Shown here in pieces: positions 9,158 to 17,433 of a stretch of 50,454 nt of DNA. The notes beneath the pieces are model-generated. The model saw only the letters and a list, made by a program, of their open reading frames with translations. It was not told the origin of the DNA and ran no database searches. The first letter of the stretch is position 1; every line of letters begins with the position of its first letter. Both the position numbers and the translations under genes were made by a program. This DNA is from a virus (Duplodnaviria > Caudoviricetes): IMG/VR virus record IMGVR_UViG_3300030328_001951, positions 1 through 50,454 of that record, one strand, 5' to 3'.

Positions 9158-11386
9158 TTATGCCTCATCCAAACTTAATATACGTTCATTCATTTGACGT
9201 TGTGGATTGTTTTCACTTGCTTCAGATAAATCATTTCTAGCCATTTTAAGTTCATCACCTAATCTAGCTTTATATAATTGTTGTGCCATTTCTACTTTAG
9301 CTTCTGCTTTAGCAAGTTTCTTTTCAAATTCTTTTACTTCTACACGTTTTCTATCATGTAGTGATTCCCTCTGTGCAGTTTGCAAATCACCTTTAAGTTT
9401 TTTAATCTCTTCAGATTGTGCTTGCACCTGCTGTTGCATTTGTTGCATTTGACCATTTCGCTGTAAAACACCTTCCATGTCTGCAACATCAGTTTGTTTT
9501 AATAACTCTATTTGGTCAATTAAACCAGCTTGATATAACTGCATATAATACTCAAATCTTGCCCAGCGATTACTTGGCAATGTTGAGCCAGATGCTACAA
9601 TAATATCATATTTACCTACTGTAATATCATTTAACTTTCCTACTACATTACCTATATCATCATATAAAGGACTATTTACTACAACTTCTTTAGGTTTATT
9701 ATTTGGTTGCATTAATCTTAAAACTTTTTGATCTGTATATACATACTGCATTAAGCCTAAAACTACTTTACCTAATTGATTTAAACCTTCTTCAATATCA
9801 TCTCTTTTAGATTTAATACGTCTTTGTCCGTATTCATCTAAAGCTACAGTACCTTTAAAAGTTTGTGGTGCAGCACCCATGTCGCCCTGCATTAAAGCGT
9901 ATATACCAAGGATTCTTTCAATATCAGCTTTAGCATCTGCCTCATTTTTATATAACTCATTTGGCAAAGGAATTGGAGATGCTACTATAGGACTGCCTAA
10001 CTCTGGGTCAAACTCTATAACCGCTGTTCCAGCCCTACCCCAATCCTGCTCTACTTGCTGTTTATTTACTGCACCACGAGGAATTAATAATTTTACGTTT
10101 GTACTACTAGATGCATGTGCAATTATTAATGAACGAATTTTATTTATATACTCTTGTAAACCTTTTACAAGTCTGACATCAGACATTGGATAAGGATTAC
10201 GATTAAAACCATTCATAATTGGCACTATAGGATATTCTTCTATAGGCAGTATTGATTGATATAGCATCATATCACCTATAGAAACACATTGTTTAATATT
10301 TGTTATTTCAATTTCATTAACTAATATTTTTTCTTCTTCTATTAAATGCATCTTACTAGCAATGTCAATATGACTTGTTGAATTTGGAATAGAACCTTCA
10401 TGTTCTTCTCCTGCCATTGGAACTGGTTGTCCTGACATAGGGTCTTGCATTAAATGAAATGTGTCTCCCACACTTTCATGTAATTGAATATATCCTCTTA
10501 CTTCTTTTTCATCTGTAAATATTTGCTGTTCACCATTAGAATTAGTTAAAATAACTATTTCTTCATTTTGATAATCTTTGTACTCTTCTGTATTTAATAC
10601 TTTTTCTTCATTTGCATATGGGTCATATATTTTAAAATAAGGCATACGTACTTTTGAATACCTTGTAAACATTTCTAGTTCTCTATCTCCCGATAACTCT
10701 TCTCCAGCAATTCTACTTTTTAAAGTAACATCTTCTGATTTTAAAGCATGTCTACTTTCTGAAGTAATATTTATATGACTAGTTTCTTGTACCTTTTTTA
10801 TTTCTTCTTCATATTCTGGATAATATTGAATCAATTGATTTTGACTCATTAATTTTGCTACTAAAACATGACCAGAGTCTCTACAAAATGGGTCTTTACT
10901 GCTTGGGTCAAAATATACTTCAAGTGGGTCTAATGATTTAAGACAAACTTCACCACGACCAAAGTCTTTATCTGGGTCAGTATATGCCATTATAACTCCC
11001 ATGCCTTTAACATAGTAATCATCAATAGCTTGCTTGAGTTCTACGTTGCCATTGGAATTATCCCAGACGTAGGACATCAAGTCAGAAAATAAACGACCAA
11101 CTTCTGTATCGCTGGTTTCTCTGGCAGTTGACTGAAATCGTGGTTTGTTAGCAGTAAGCAAAGCTTTAGCTTGCTCTACTGCAGAAAAAATTACATTTAC
11201 TACAATTGGTTCTTGAGCTTTATTACGTAATGCGTCAGACTGTTCTTTTGTCCATTGCTTACCATTACGAAATTCATTATCCTCTACTGCTTGCTTTGCC
11301 CAGTTTTCTCTGGCAGAGCTATATTCGCTTAAAAGGTCGTGTGTAAATTGTACTTCTGGGTCTTTAGAATTAGAGTTATTATGCAT
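9158..11386 (-). CDS. Portal protein (P22-like)
   Basis: 742 aa with GKQWT, DYYVKGMG, YFDP, KGLQEYINKIRS and a C-terminal Q-rich coiled coil. Follows TerL. Confidence 0.9.
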   Translation of the reverse strand: MHNNSNSKDPEVQFTHDLLSEYSSARENWAKQAVEDNEFRNGKQWTKEQSDALRNKAQEPIVVNVIFSAVEQAKALLTANKPRFQSTARETSDTEVGRLFSDLMSYVWDNSNGNVELKQAIDDYYVKGMGVIMAYTDPDKDFGRGEVCLKSLDPLEVYFDPSSKDPFCRDSGHVLVAKLMSQNQLIQYYPEYEEEIKKVQETSHINITSESRHALKSEDVTLKSRIAGEELSGDRELEMFTRYSKVRMPYFKIYDPYANEEKVLNTEEYKDYQNEEIVILTNSNGEQQIFTDEKEVRGYIQLHESVGDTFHLMQDPMSGQPVPMAGEEHEGSIPNSTSHIDIASKMHLIEEEKILVNEIEITNIKQCVSIGDMMLYQSILPIEEYPIVPIMNGFNRNPYPMSDVRLVKGLQEYINKIRSLIIAHASSSTNVKLLIPRGAVNKQQVEQDWGRAGTAVIEFDPELGSPIVASPIPLPNELYKNEADAKADIERILGIYALMQGDMGAAPQTFKGTVALDEYGQRRIKSKRDDIEEGLNQLGKVVLGLMQYVYTDQKVLRLMQPNNKPKEVVVNSPLYDDIGNVVGKLNDITVGKYDIIVASGSTLPSNRWARFEYYMQLYQAGLIDQIELLKQTDVADMEGVLQRNGQMQQMQQQVQAQSEEIKKLKGDLQTAQRESLHDRKRVEVKEFEKKLAKAEAKVEMAQQLYKARLGDELKMARNDLSEASENNPQRQMNERILSLDEA

Positions 11387-11403
11387 GTATTTAGAGTTTT
11401 AAT

Positions 11404-11437
11404 AAGTTAAACTACAAAGTTAAGTAAAAAGTTCCAA
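11404..11437 (-). promoter_or_regulatory. Candidate late promoter motif upstream of the portal gene
   Basis: TTGGAACTTTTTACTTAA and AGTTTAACTT are shared with 14305-14354. Confidence 0.45.
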
Positions 11438-11438
11438 A

Positions 11439-12950
11439 TTAAGATGTTTTCCAATCAAATCTTTTCGCTGCAACTCTGCTGCTGGATTGTTTTTCTTTAT
11501 CTTCTACTACGTGATTAGGTGTATAACATTTTTTCATAGCATAGTATAAACCATCTAATAAATCATCATGTTTACCCCTAGGGTATAATAATAGTTCATC
11601 TTTTAAAGATAATTGACTTTTTTTAATATATACTTTTTTTTGTGCAAAGTATGGCTCCATTGTTTCAAGTCTTGATGATTTACTAGTTCGTGGAGACTCT
11701 TTTATTTCCAATCCACTAATAAACAGATTTTCTTCTTCTGTTCTTTGCCTTAAATATTCTCGTAACATTTCTTGATAGCCTACAGACTCTATACGTACCT
11801 TTACAGGTTTGTATAGTTTAAAATACTCTATAATGCTTTCTGCTAAATTCATAGGGGTTGCTCTTTTGCGATAATATTCTAGAATATACCGATTATTATT
11901 ATTATCAACTGCTACAGGCATAATTACACTATAGTCAGCTGTTTTGCGTATTGAGGATGCAGGGTCAACCCCCATAAAGACGTTTACTGGTATTTTATCA
12001 GAACCAGTATTTAAATAATGCTGATTATCTTCATCTATTTCTAGTTCATAATCATGATATTGTATATAGTCTTCTTTAAACAGCTGGTCTTCATCACCAA
12101 CTATTTGACATAGATACTCTCTATAAAAAACACTTACTCTTGCTATTGACTCTAACTCTTCTTTTTTCTGTTTTAATTTTTTTATAGGTTGCCATTCTTC
12201 CCATAATGCAATTTGTTTATCCATGTCTGGACTAAAATGCATATTTACCCAACCTTTCATTTCTTTTAGTACTTCTACTAAGCAGCGTTGATGCTGCGGT
12301 GTGCCAATAACAATTATTTTCCCTTTCTTAGGATCTAGTGAGGGAACTGCTGACTGCAATAACCATCTAAGGTTTTGCTCCATAGCTTCAGCAGTCTTAG
12401 TATTATTTTCATCTTCTGGGTCATCTACAATAATAAGCGTAGGTCTTTGACTGCCTACTTTAATTCCTCTAAGCTGTTGACCTGTACCTTTGCAGATAAT
12501 CATAGAACCATCTTTTAGCTCTATTTCTGACTTAGCCCATTGTTTTGCACTATGTTGTCCCCAATATCCATATATAGCTCTAAACGTTTCGCTATAATCA
12601 AGAGTATCTTTAATTGTACCTAATAATTTTATAGCATGGTCTTGAGTTCTTGATACTAAGACTATTAATTTACTCCCCTCGTGATGCATAAGGTGGTATA
12701 AAGGGTAGACACCACCCACAATGGAGGATTTAGCATGACCACGAGGGGCTATGATGTTTACTTGCTTGGAGGCATTATCAAGTAAAGCATCAGCAATCTT
12801 ATAATGAAAATCTGGAGATGGTACAGTAAACATGTTTGGCATTATAATTTTACCAAACATTATCATATTCTTTTTTAATTTATTTATAACTAGTTTGTTA
12901 TCTTCTGCCACGTTTTTTCTTTTTTGGTTTAGGGCATGATGTAAGACCAT
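11439..12950 (-). CDS. terL: Terminase large subunit (true start may be GTG at 12911)
   Basis: Walker A APRGHAKS, Walker B LIIVDD, coupling motif IGTP, RNase H-like GVDPA and HDDLLD. Confidence 0.95.
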   Translation of the reverse strand: MVLHHALNQKRKNVAEDNKLVINKLKKNMIMFGKIIMPNMFTVPSPDFHYKIADALLDNASKQVNIIAPRGHAKSSIVGGVYPLYHLMHHEGSKLIVLVSRTQDHAIKLLGTIKDTLDYSETFRAIYGYWGQHSAKQWAKSEIELKDGSMIICKGTGQQLRGIKVGSQRPTLIIVDDPEDENNTKTAEAMEQNLRWLLQSAVPSLDPKKGKIIVIGTPQHQRCLVEVLKEMKGWVNMHFSPDMDKQIALWEEWQPIKKLKQKKEELESIARVSVFYREYLCQIVGDEDQLFKEDYIQYHDYELEIDEDNQHYLNTGSDKIPVNVFMGVDPASSIRKTADYSVIMPVAVDNNNNRYILEYYRKRATPMNLAESIIEYFKLYKPVKVRIESVGYQEMLREYLRQRTEEENLFISGLEIKESPRTSKSSRLETMEPYFAQKKVYIKKSQLSLKDELLLYPRGKHDDLLDGLYYAMKKCYTPNHVVEDKEKQSSSRVAAKRFDWKTS

Positions 12951-13059
12951 GTATCATTGTTTCTTCGTAATGTCCAGTTTTTATACCACAATGCTTATGA
13001 TTGCCACAATCTGTAGCAAATGCACATTCTTTATTTATAATAGGACAATGTGCAAACAT
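12898..13059 (-). CDS. 53-aa Cys/His-rich basic peptide
   Basis: MFAHCPIINKECAFATDCGNHKHCG...CPKPKKKKRGRR. TAATG coupling to the upstream gene and fills the gap before TerL. Confidence 0.6.
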   Translation of the reverse strand: MFAHCPIINKECAFATDCGNHKHCGIKTGHYEETMIHGLTSCPKPKKKKRGRR

Positions 13060-13259
13060 TAATAAAAATCGTCATTCCATAGCATACCATAAGTTTCCAT
13101 TTCTTTTAAAGCATCAATAGCTACGGATGAAAGAAACTCTGGGTCACTAGTAGGCATAGCAGAAATAACATGCAATGCTCTAATAGCCACATCTAATTGG
13201 TCTTCCATAATATTAGCATTAATATGTTCATAGTCATCATCAGGAGTCAGGTTGCTCAT
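13059..13259 (-). CDS. Hypothetical acidic protein
   Basis: 66 aa, GAGGA RBS, coupled within the terminase operon. Confidence 0.6.
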   Translation of the reverse strand: MSNLTPDDDYEHINANIMEDQLDVAIRALHVISAMPTSDPEFLSSVAIDALKEMETYGMLWNDDFY

Positions 13260-14019
13260 TTGTTTCCTCTTTTCTTTGTAATGTTAATTTATTTTCCTCC
13301 AATGCTATAGTATCAGCTATTTGTTTAGTAACATCTATCTGTACTGTATCTGTTAATACTTTTTTACTAGGCTTCATTTCTAGTAAATCCATAATTGCAT
13401 CATTAGCTTTTAGAAAGTTGTTAACATCGCCCTTACCTTCTGCCATATGTAACGCTCTTAATAGATTATCTACTGCAAATTCTTTATTAACACTCTTTTT
13501 AGATAATAATTCTTTTAGTTTTTCTTCTACCATGTCTTTTGTTACCTTTTGTTTTAAAAATCTTCTTACAGTTGCCGCAGGTATCTTTTGGTCTGGTCTA
13601 TATATATTACCTAATTTGTCAAAATCTACCTTATCCCCAGATAATAACATATTTGCGTATGCCCCTACTGTATTCTTTGCTCTTGTAGTATTTATTTCCT
13701 GTTCTTTCCAATCTTTTGCAGGATTAGTCTTAGAATAACACTCATATGCGTGATTTAGCTCGAATTTTATTGTAGAAAATGAACTACCCCATCCTACACC
13801 ACATGTTAGCTTAATAAATGTTCGTATATTTCCATTTTTATCTGTATAGTCCTTTCTAGACACACATTCACTAACATATTCGTCATCTGTTAATCCCCAG
13901 TCACCAGTATTGCACTCTTTCCAGTATAAATATTTTATATTTTTATTTTCAGCTTCATCCTTAGTGTATATAGGGTATTCTGCTGTTTTTCTATTAATTC
14001 TTCGTTTAATTTTTATCAT
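13240..14019 (-). CDS. Putative terminase small subunit
   Basis: 259 aa upstream of TerL with a helical oligomerisation-like C-terminal half. Positional inference. Confidence 0.5.
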   Translation of the reverse strand: MIKIKRRINRKTAEYPIYTKDEAENKNIKYLYWKECNTGDWGLTDDEYVSECVSRKDYTDKNGNIRTFIKLTCGVGWGSSFSTIKFELNHAYECYSKTNPAKDWKEQEINTTRAKNTVGAYANMLLSGDKVDFDKLGNIYRPDQKIPAATVRRFLKQKVTKDMVEEKLKELLSKKSVNKEFAVDNLLRALHMAEGKGDVNNFLKANDAIMDLLEMKPSKKVLTDTVQIDVTKQIADTIALEENKLTLQRKEETNEQPDS

Positions 14020-14025
14020 AATCTC

Positions 14026-14068
14026 TAGTAACTGTTACTTATTAGTAACTGTTACTATATAAGTAACT
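14026..14068. repeat. Tandem palindromic boxes AGTAAC-T-GTTACT (two full, one half)
   Basis: TAGTAACTGTTACT at 14026 and 14043; AGTAACT at 14062. Confidence 0.85.
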
Positions 14069-14089
14069 TATATATATATACTATATACT

Positions 14090-14290
14090 TTAATCCATAC
14101 TCTCATCAGGATTGTATCCCTGCTTTTGCTCAATGATCTTGCTAATTATCTTAAATTCAGCCTCTAATTCATCTGCACTAGTGTTAATTCTGTCTTGTAA
14201 AGCATGATATTCTTCATCAGTCATGTCTGACCTTTCCCATTTACCTGTTATCATGTTAAATACTTCGTAAACTCTCTTTTTACTGCCCAT
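14090..14290 (-). CDS. Hypothetical protein, first gene of the leftward operon
   Basis: 66-aa ORF with a VFNMITGKWE motif. Confidence 0.6.
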   Translation of the reverse strand: MGSKKRVYEVFNMITGKWERSDMTDEEYHALQDRINTSADELEAEFKIISKIIEQKQGYNPDESMD

Positions 14291-14304
14291 GTTCTTTTAA
14301 GTTA

Positions 14305-14354
14305 AAGTTAAACTCTATGTCATTTCAACTTTTAAATTAAGTAAAATGTTCCAA
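14305..14354 (-). promoter_or_regulatory. Candidate late promoter motif upstream of the terminase operon
   Basis: TTGGAACATTTTACTTAA (17/18 match to 11420-11437) plus AGTTTAACTT. Confidence 0.45.
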
Positions 14355-14438
14355 TACTCTTATGAAACTAGAACAAGAATGTGTGTGAGAGGGATATATG
14401 TTACCTACCCCCATTACATTAAGGGTTGGTAGGGTACA

Positions 14439-14474
14439 TTAGGTTGAGTTCAAATCATACGTTAGGTTGAGTTC
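14439..14474. repeat. 13-bp direct repeat TTAGGTTGAGTTC (two copies)
   Basis: Copies at 14439-14451 and 14462-14474; the second contains the -35 box. Confidence 0.85.
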
Positions 14475-14495
14475 GTTACACTCACCCGTTATAAT
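14467..14495 (+). promoter_or_regulatory. Sigma70-type early promoter
   Basis: TTGAGT, 17-nt spacer, TATAAT, at the head of the rightward arm. Confidence 0.6.
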
Positions 14496-14666
14496 GCCCA
14501 CCCTTACCATACATCTGGCGACCCCCTGTCTGTTACCAGACAGCCGCAGTCGCACAGGTATTCCCTTACATATACGTGTGGTGGTAATATATATAATCCT
14601 TACATATAGTTAGAGTAATCCTAAATCTCTGGTATTTAGTTAACTTAACTTAGGAGATTGAAATCA

Positions 14667-14855
14667 ATGAATAGATACTTACAAAATACTGGTTATTTCT
14701 TTGTAGGCACAGGTGTTATACTATGTGCTGGTGCAAAGGTAGCTTACACATATGCATCAGCTGGAGTTGAAACAGCTATCAAAGTTGGTAAGCGTGAAAT
14801 GTGTACTGAAGAGTTACATAGTCATCACGATGGTTGTCCAGCTTGTGACGCATAG
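14667..14855 (+). CDS. Early hypothetical protein with a hydrophobic N-terminal helix and C-terminal HHDGCPAC metal motif
   Basis: AGGAG RBS favours the ATG at 14667 over the TTG at 14658. Confidence 0.6.
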   Translation: MNRYLQNTGYFFVGTGVILCAGAKVAYTYASAGVETAIKVGKREMCTEELHSHHDGCPACDA

Positions 14856-14867
14856 TACATAATACTA

Positions 14868-14910
14868 GGGGGGTGCAAATCCCCCCAAATACTTTATCCT
14901 TTATCTATAA
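14868..14910 (+). promoter_or_regulatory. Hairpin (TGCAAAT loop) + ATCCTTTATCTATAA box, copy 1
   Basis: GGGGGG-TGCAAAT-CCCCCC followed by a 15-bp box that recurs at 15484. Confidence 0.55.
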
Positions 14911-14928
14911 ATAAACATGGAGGTATAC

Positions 14929-15102
14929 ATGATAGTATGTATTAGTGAACGGAGCTTGTACTACGAATTTCAAGATTTAAACTCAGGCTCCGTTGAGTTA
15001 ATAAACAGAGATAAGTTCAGTACTAAAGAACTTGCTCGTGATGAGGCAACTCATAGATTTGCACAGAATAGTGCTATTCAATCTGTAGAGTTTACTCAAT
15101 AA
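14929..15102 (+). CDS. Early hypothetical protein
   Basis: GGAGG RBS before the ATG at 14929. Confidence 0.6.
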   Translation: MIVCISERSLYYEFQDLNSGSVELINRDKFSTKELARDEATHRFAQNSAIQSVEFTQ

Positions 15103-15183
15103 TACCAAAAGTCCCTGCATAAAATTTCCTATAATTAGGTTGCAGGGCAATCTTTTCTTAATAATAACAACGGAGTGTAAATA

Positions 15184-15453
15184 ATGCAAAGAGATAATAA
15201 AGATATATTGGCAACACCAATAATGTTCAAAGATGAAGAAATCAGAGAGTTAAGAGCTTTGAAAGAACATAGCGATAAACGTATCGAACTACTTGAACAT
15301 AGATGTAGTCAATACAGCAGACTATGCCAACAGCATGTAAAAAACTTGCAAAAAAAGAATGATGAAATTGCTAAACTAAAGATACAACTAAAGGATGAAA
15401 TAAATCTTAAGAATGAATTAGCTATCACATTAAGTGGATTACAAGATATGTGA
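15184..15453 (+). CDS. Early coiled-coil protein
   Basis: 89 aa, GGAG RBS, heptad pattern. Confidence 0.65.
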   Translation: MQRDNKDILATPIMFKDEEIRELRALKEHSDKRIELLEHRCSQYSRLCQQHVKNLQKKNDEIAKLKIQLKDEINLKNELAITLSGLQDM

Positions 15454-15458
15454 GATAT

Positions 15459-15498
15459 TGGGGGTATGCAAATGCCCCCATTAATCCTTTATCTATAA
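15459..15498 (+). promoter_or_regulatory. Hairpin (TGCAAAT) + ATCCTTTATCTATAA box, copy 2
   Basis: TGGGGGTA-TGCAAA-TGCCCCCA followed by the identical 15-bp box. Confidence 0.55.
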
Positions 15499-15526
15499 TA
15501 TTTTAATAACAACAATGGAGTATAAT

Positions 15527-15721
15527 ATGCAATCATTAAATATAAAAATGGTGCTAAAATTAATAAATGATAGTATTTATAAAATAGATAAAGATATGGA
15601 AACCATAGAAAACCTACCTAATTATCTTGATAACAAAGATTATAGAAATGATGTTAGACATCTTAAAGGTAGAGTTAAAGGTTTAGAGGATTTAAAAGAA
15701 AAGATAAATATATTATTTTAA
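15527..15721 (+). CDS. Early hypothetical protein
   Basis: GGAG RBS before the ATG at 15527. Confidence 0.6.
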   Translation: MQSLNIKMVLKLINDSIYKIDKDMETIENLPNYLDNKDYRNDVRHLKGRVKGLEDLKEKINILF

Positions 15722-15840
15722 CATTAAATTAAGGGTAGATAATTAATACTGTGACGACAGGGCGGTATGCAATCAGCCAACTTTCTACCCTTAAAAAATC
15801 CTATATATATACTAACAATTAACAAAAAGGAAAAAGAAAA

Positions 15841-16116
15841 ATGCCAGCAAGAAATAAAAAAGAATATTATAAAATATATGATAATGAAGACGATGATATG
15901 ATAGTTATCCCTTCATTAGTAAATAGGTTGAATAAAAATGCTGAAAAGTATAGAAACCTATGGATTAAGCAGTTAGAAGAAGAGAATAGATTACACAAAG
16001 AAATAAGCTATTTAAAATCAAGTTGGAATGAGGCTCTAAAAAAAATTGATGAGCTTGAGAAAGAAATTGATTATTTAAGAAAGATTACAAAAGAGTTTGA
16101 ATTTGAAAGTGAATAA
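15841..16116 (+). CDS. Early coiled-coil protein
   Basis: 91 aa, AAAGGA RBS. Confidence 0.65.
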   Translation: MPARNKKEYYKIYDNEDDDMIVIPSLVNRLNKNAEKYRNLWIKQLEEENRLHKEISYLKSSWNEALKKIDELEKEIDYLRKITKEFEFESE

Positions 16117-16254
16117 AAGGGGAGGGGGATTATAAACAAGCACCGAGCAATTTTACTAAATGTGCAACTTCGTTGCTCTTTTACTATTATTAACTTAATC
16201 CTTTATCTTTGGTGTTTCATTTTGAACACTACAAACTAAAATAAGGAAGATAAC

Positions 16255-16596
16255 ATGAGTAAATTGTCAACAGTTTTAGATGAATATTGGAAATCAATTG
16301 AGAAAATGGTTGAAACACGCAATGAAAAGCGAGCCAGTAAACGCATTTGGTTTAATAAATCTGTAAATACAAACGGAGTATGGCAAGATACAGCTATACA
16401 AATGGACGATATAGCAGATGTGATTGATGAGGGTTTTATTGTAAATATGTTTATTAAAGACATTAAAACCTGTGAAGATGAATTTGTAGAAACTACTGAT
16501 ATATTAACCAAAGCTAAGTTTATGCTTGCAGAGGGTACAGTACATCATTGCAAAAATGATACTCTGAGATATATGGTAGTCCCTACTGAAGAGTAG
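16255..16596 (+). CDS. Early hypothetical protein
   Basis: 113 aa, AAGGA RBS. Confidence 0.7.
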   Translation: MSKLSTVLDEYWKSIEKMVETRNEKRASKRIWFNKSVNTNGVWQDTAIQMDDIADVIDEGFIVNMFIKDIKTCEDEFVETTDILTKAKFMLAEGTVHHCKNDTLRYMVVPTEE

Positions 16597-16800
16597 AATA
16601 ACCTTATGAATAATAGTGTGGTGTCAGTATTTGGCACCACATTATTGTGCTAGATGTGTTCCTTCATTCTTCAGTCACCCCTTACTTTTAGCTCGCCCAA
16701 AAGCTCACAAAAAAAAACTAAACCATAAGGAAACAAGCTGACTTTTAAACAAGATTTTTACAATTTCCTTTATTTCTAGTCTTAAGGTAGGTAGTTAGTA

Positions 16801-17011
16801 AGATAGTAAAGATCTGTCACTAGCGAAAGCTATCACTTAAGTAATATGCTACTGCAAGCTCTCATGAATTAGTAGATGTTATTGCCTGTCTTGGTACCAC
16901 AATCTGTATAGGTCAAGATGAGACAGCAGAGTCATAGACACCCTAATCATTACCTTGGGTTAGACTAATTAACTAACCAGTCAAGTAGCATAATATTATC
17001 TTTACATATCT
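16801..17011 (+). ncRNA. Candidate ~210-nt multi-stem structured RNA (family not recognised)
   Basis: Nested helices GTAAAGAT/ATCTTTAC, TATGCTACT/AGTAGCATA, CTGTCT/AGACAG, GGTTAG/CTAACC and a TAGC-GAAA-GCTA GNRA hairpin, inside an 860-nt gap without a convincing ORF. Confidence 0.55.
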
Positions 17012-17185
17012 CCTGCGACTATGTGGATTCATTGAAATTATTCAACACATAGCGTATACAGTTAAGATTAAATGTAAAGTTAGAGAACAATGGTAGGTTA
17101 TTGCTGTAATAAAGATATCGCCCTCGCCGAGTTGTTACTCAAACAAGGTTTGCTCTGTACCTTGACACCAAAACAGAGCAAAATA

Positions 17186-17268
17186 TATTAGGGAGCTGAC
17201 TGAAGTATGAAACTATATATAGTGTGGGGTAACACGCCATATAGTGAATAGTAAGAAGCTCCCTAATA
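17186..17268 (+). ncRNA. Candidate structured RNA module
   Basis: 12-bp closing stem TATTAGGGAGCT/AGCTCCCTAATA with an inner ACTATAT/ATATAGT helix. Confidence 0.4.
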
Positions 17269-17276
17269 AAACTATA

Positions 17277-17433
17277 AGAGGTTATGCGCATTAACATTCG
17301 TTAACGTCATGACATTAGCCACCATTGGAAAAACTATATATGAAATGATAGTTTAGTACAAGGCACGATGAATCTACCACGAGTTTGCAACGATGTGACA
17401 GTAGAAGAAGTGTTAGGGTTGTGTATAACCTCT
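17277..17433 (+). ncRNA. Candidate structured RNA module
   Basis: 14-bp closing stem AGAGGTTATGCGCA/TGTGTATAACCTCT with two G-U pairs, which indicates the plus strand. Confidence 0.45.

Noticed and set aside
17191-17263. Hammerhead ribozyme (CTGA...GAAA-stem-T)
   Set aside because: No proper CUGANGA plus stem II, the cleavage-site base would be G, and stem I does not adjoin the core.
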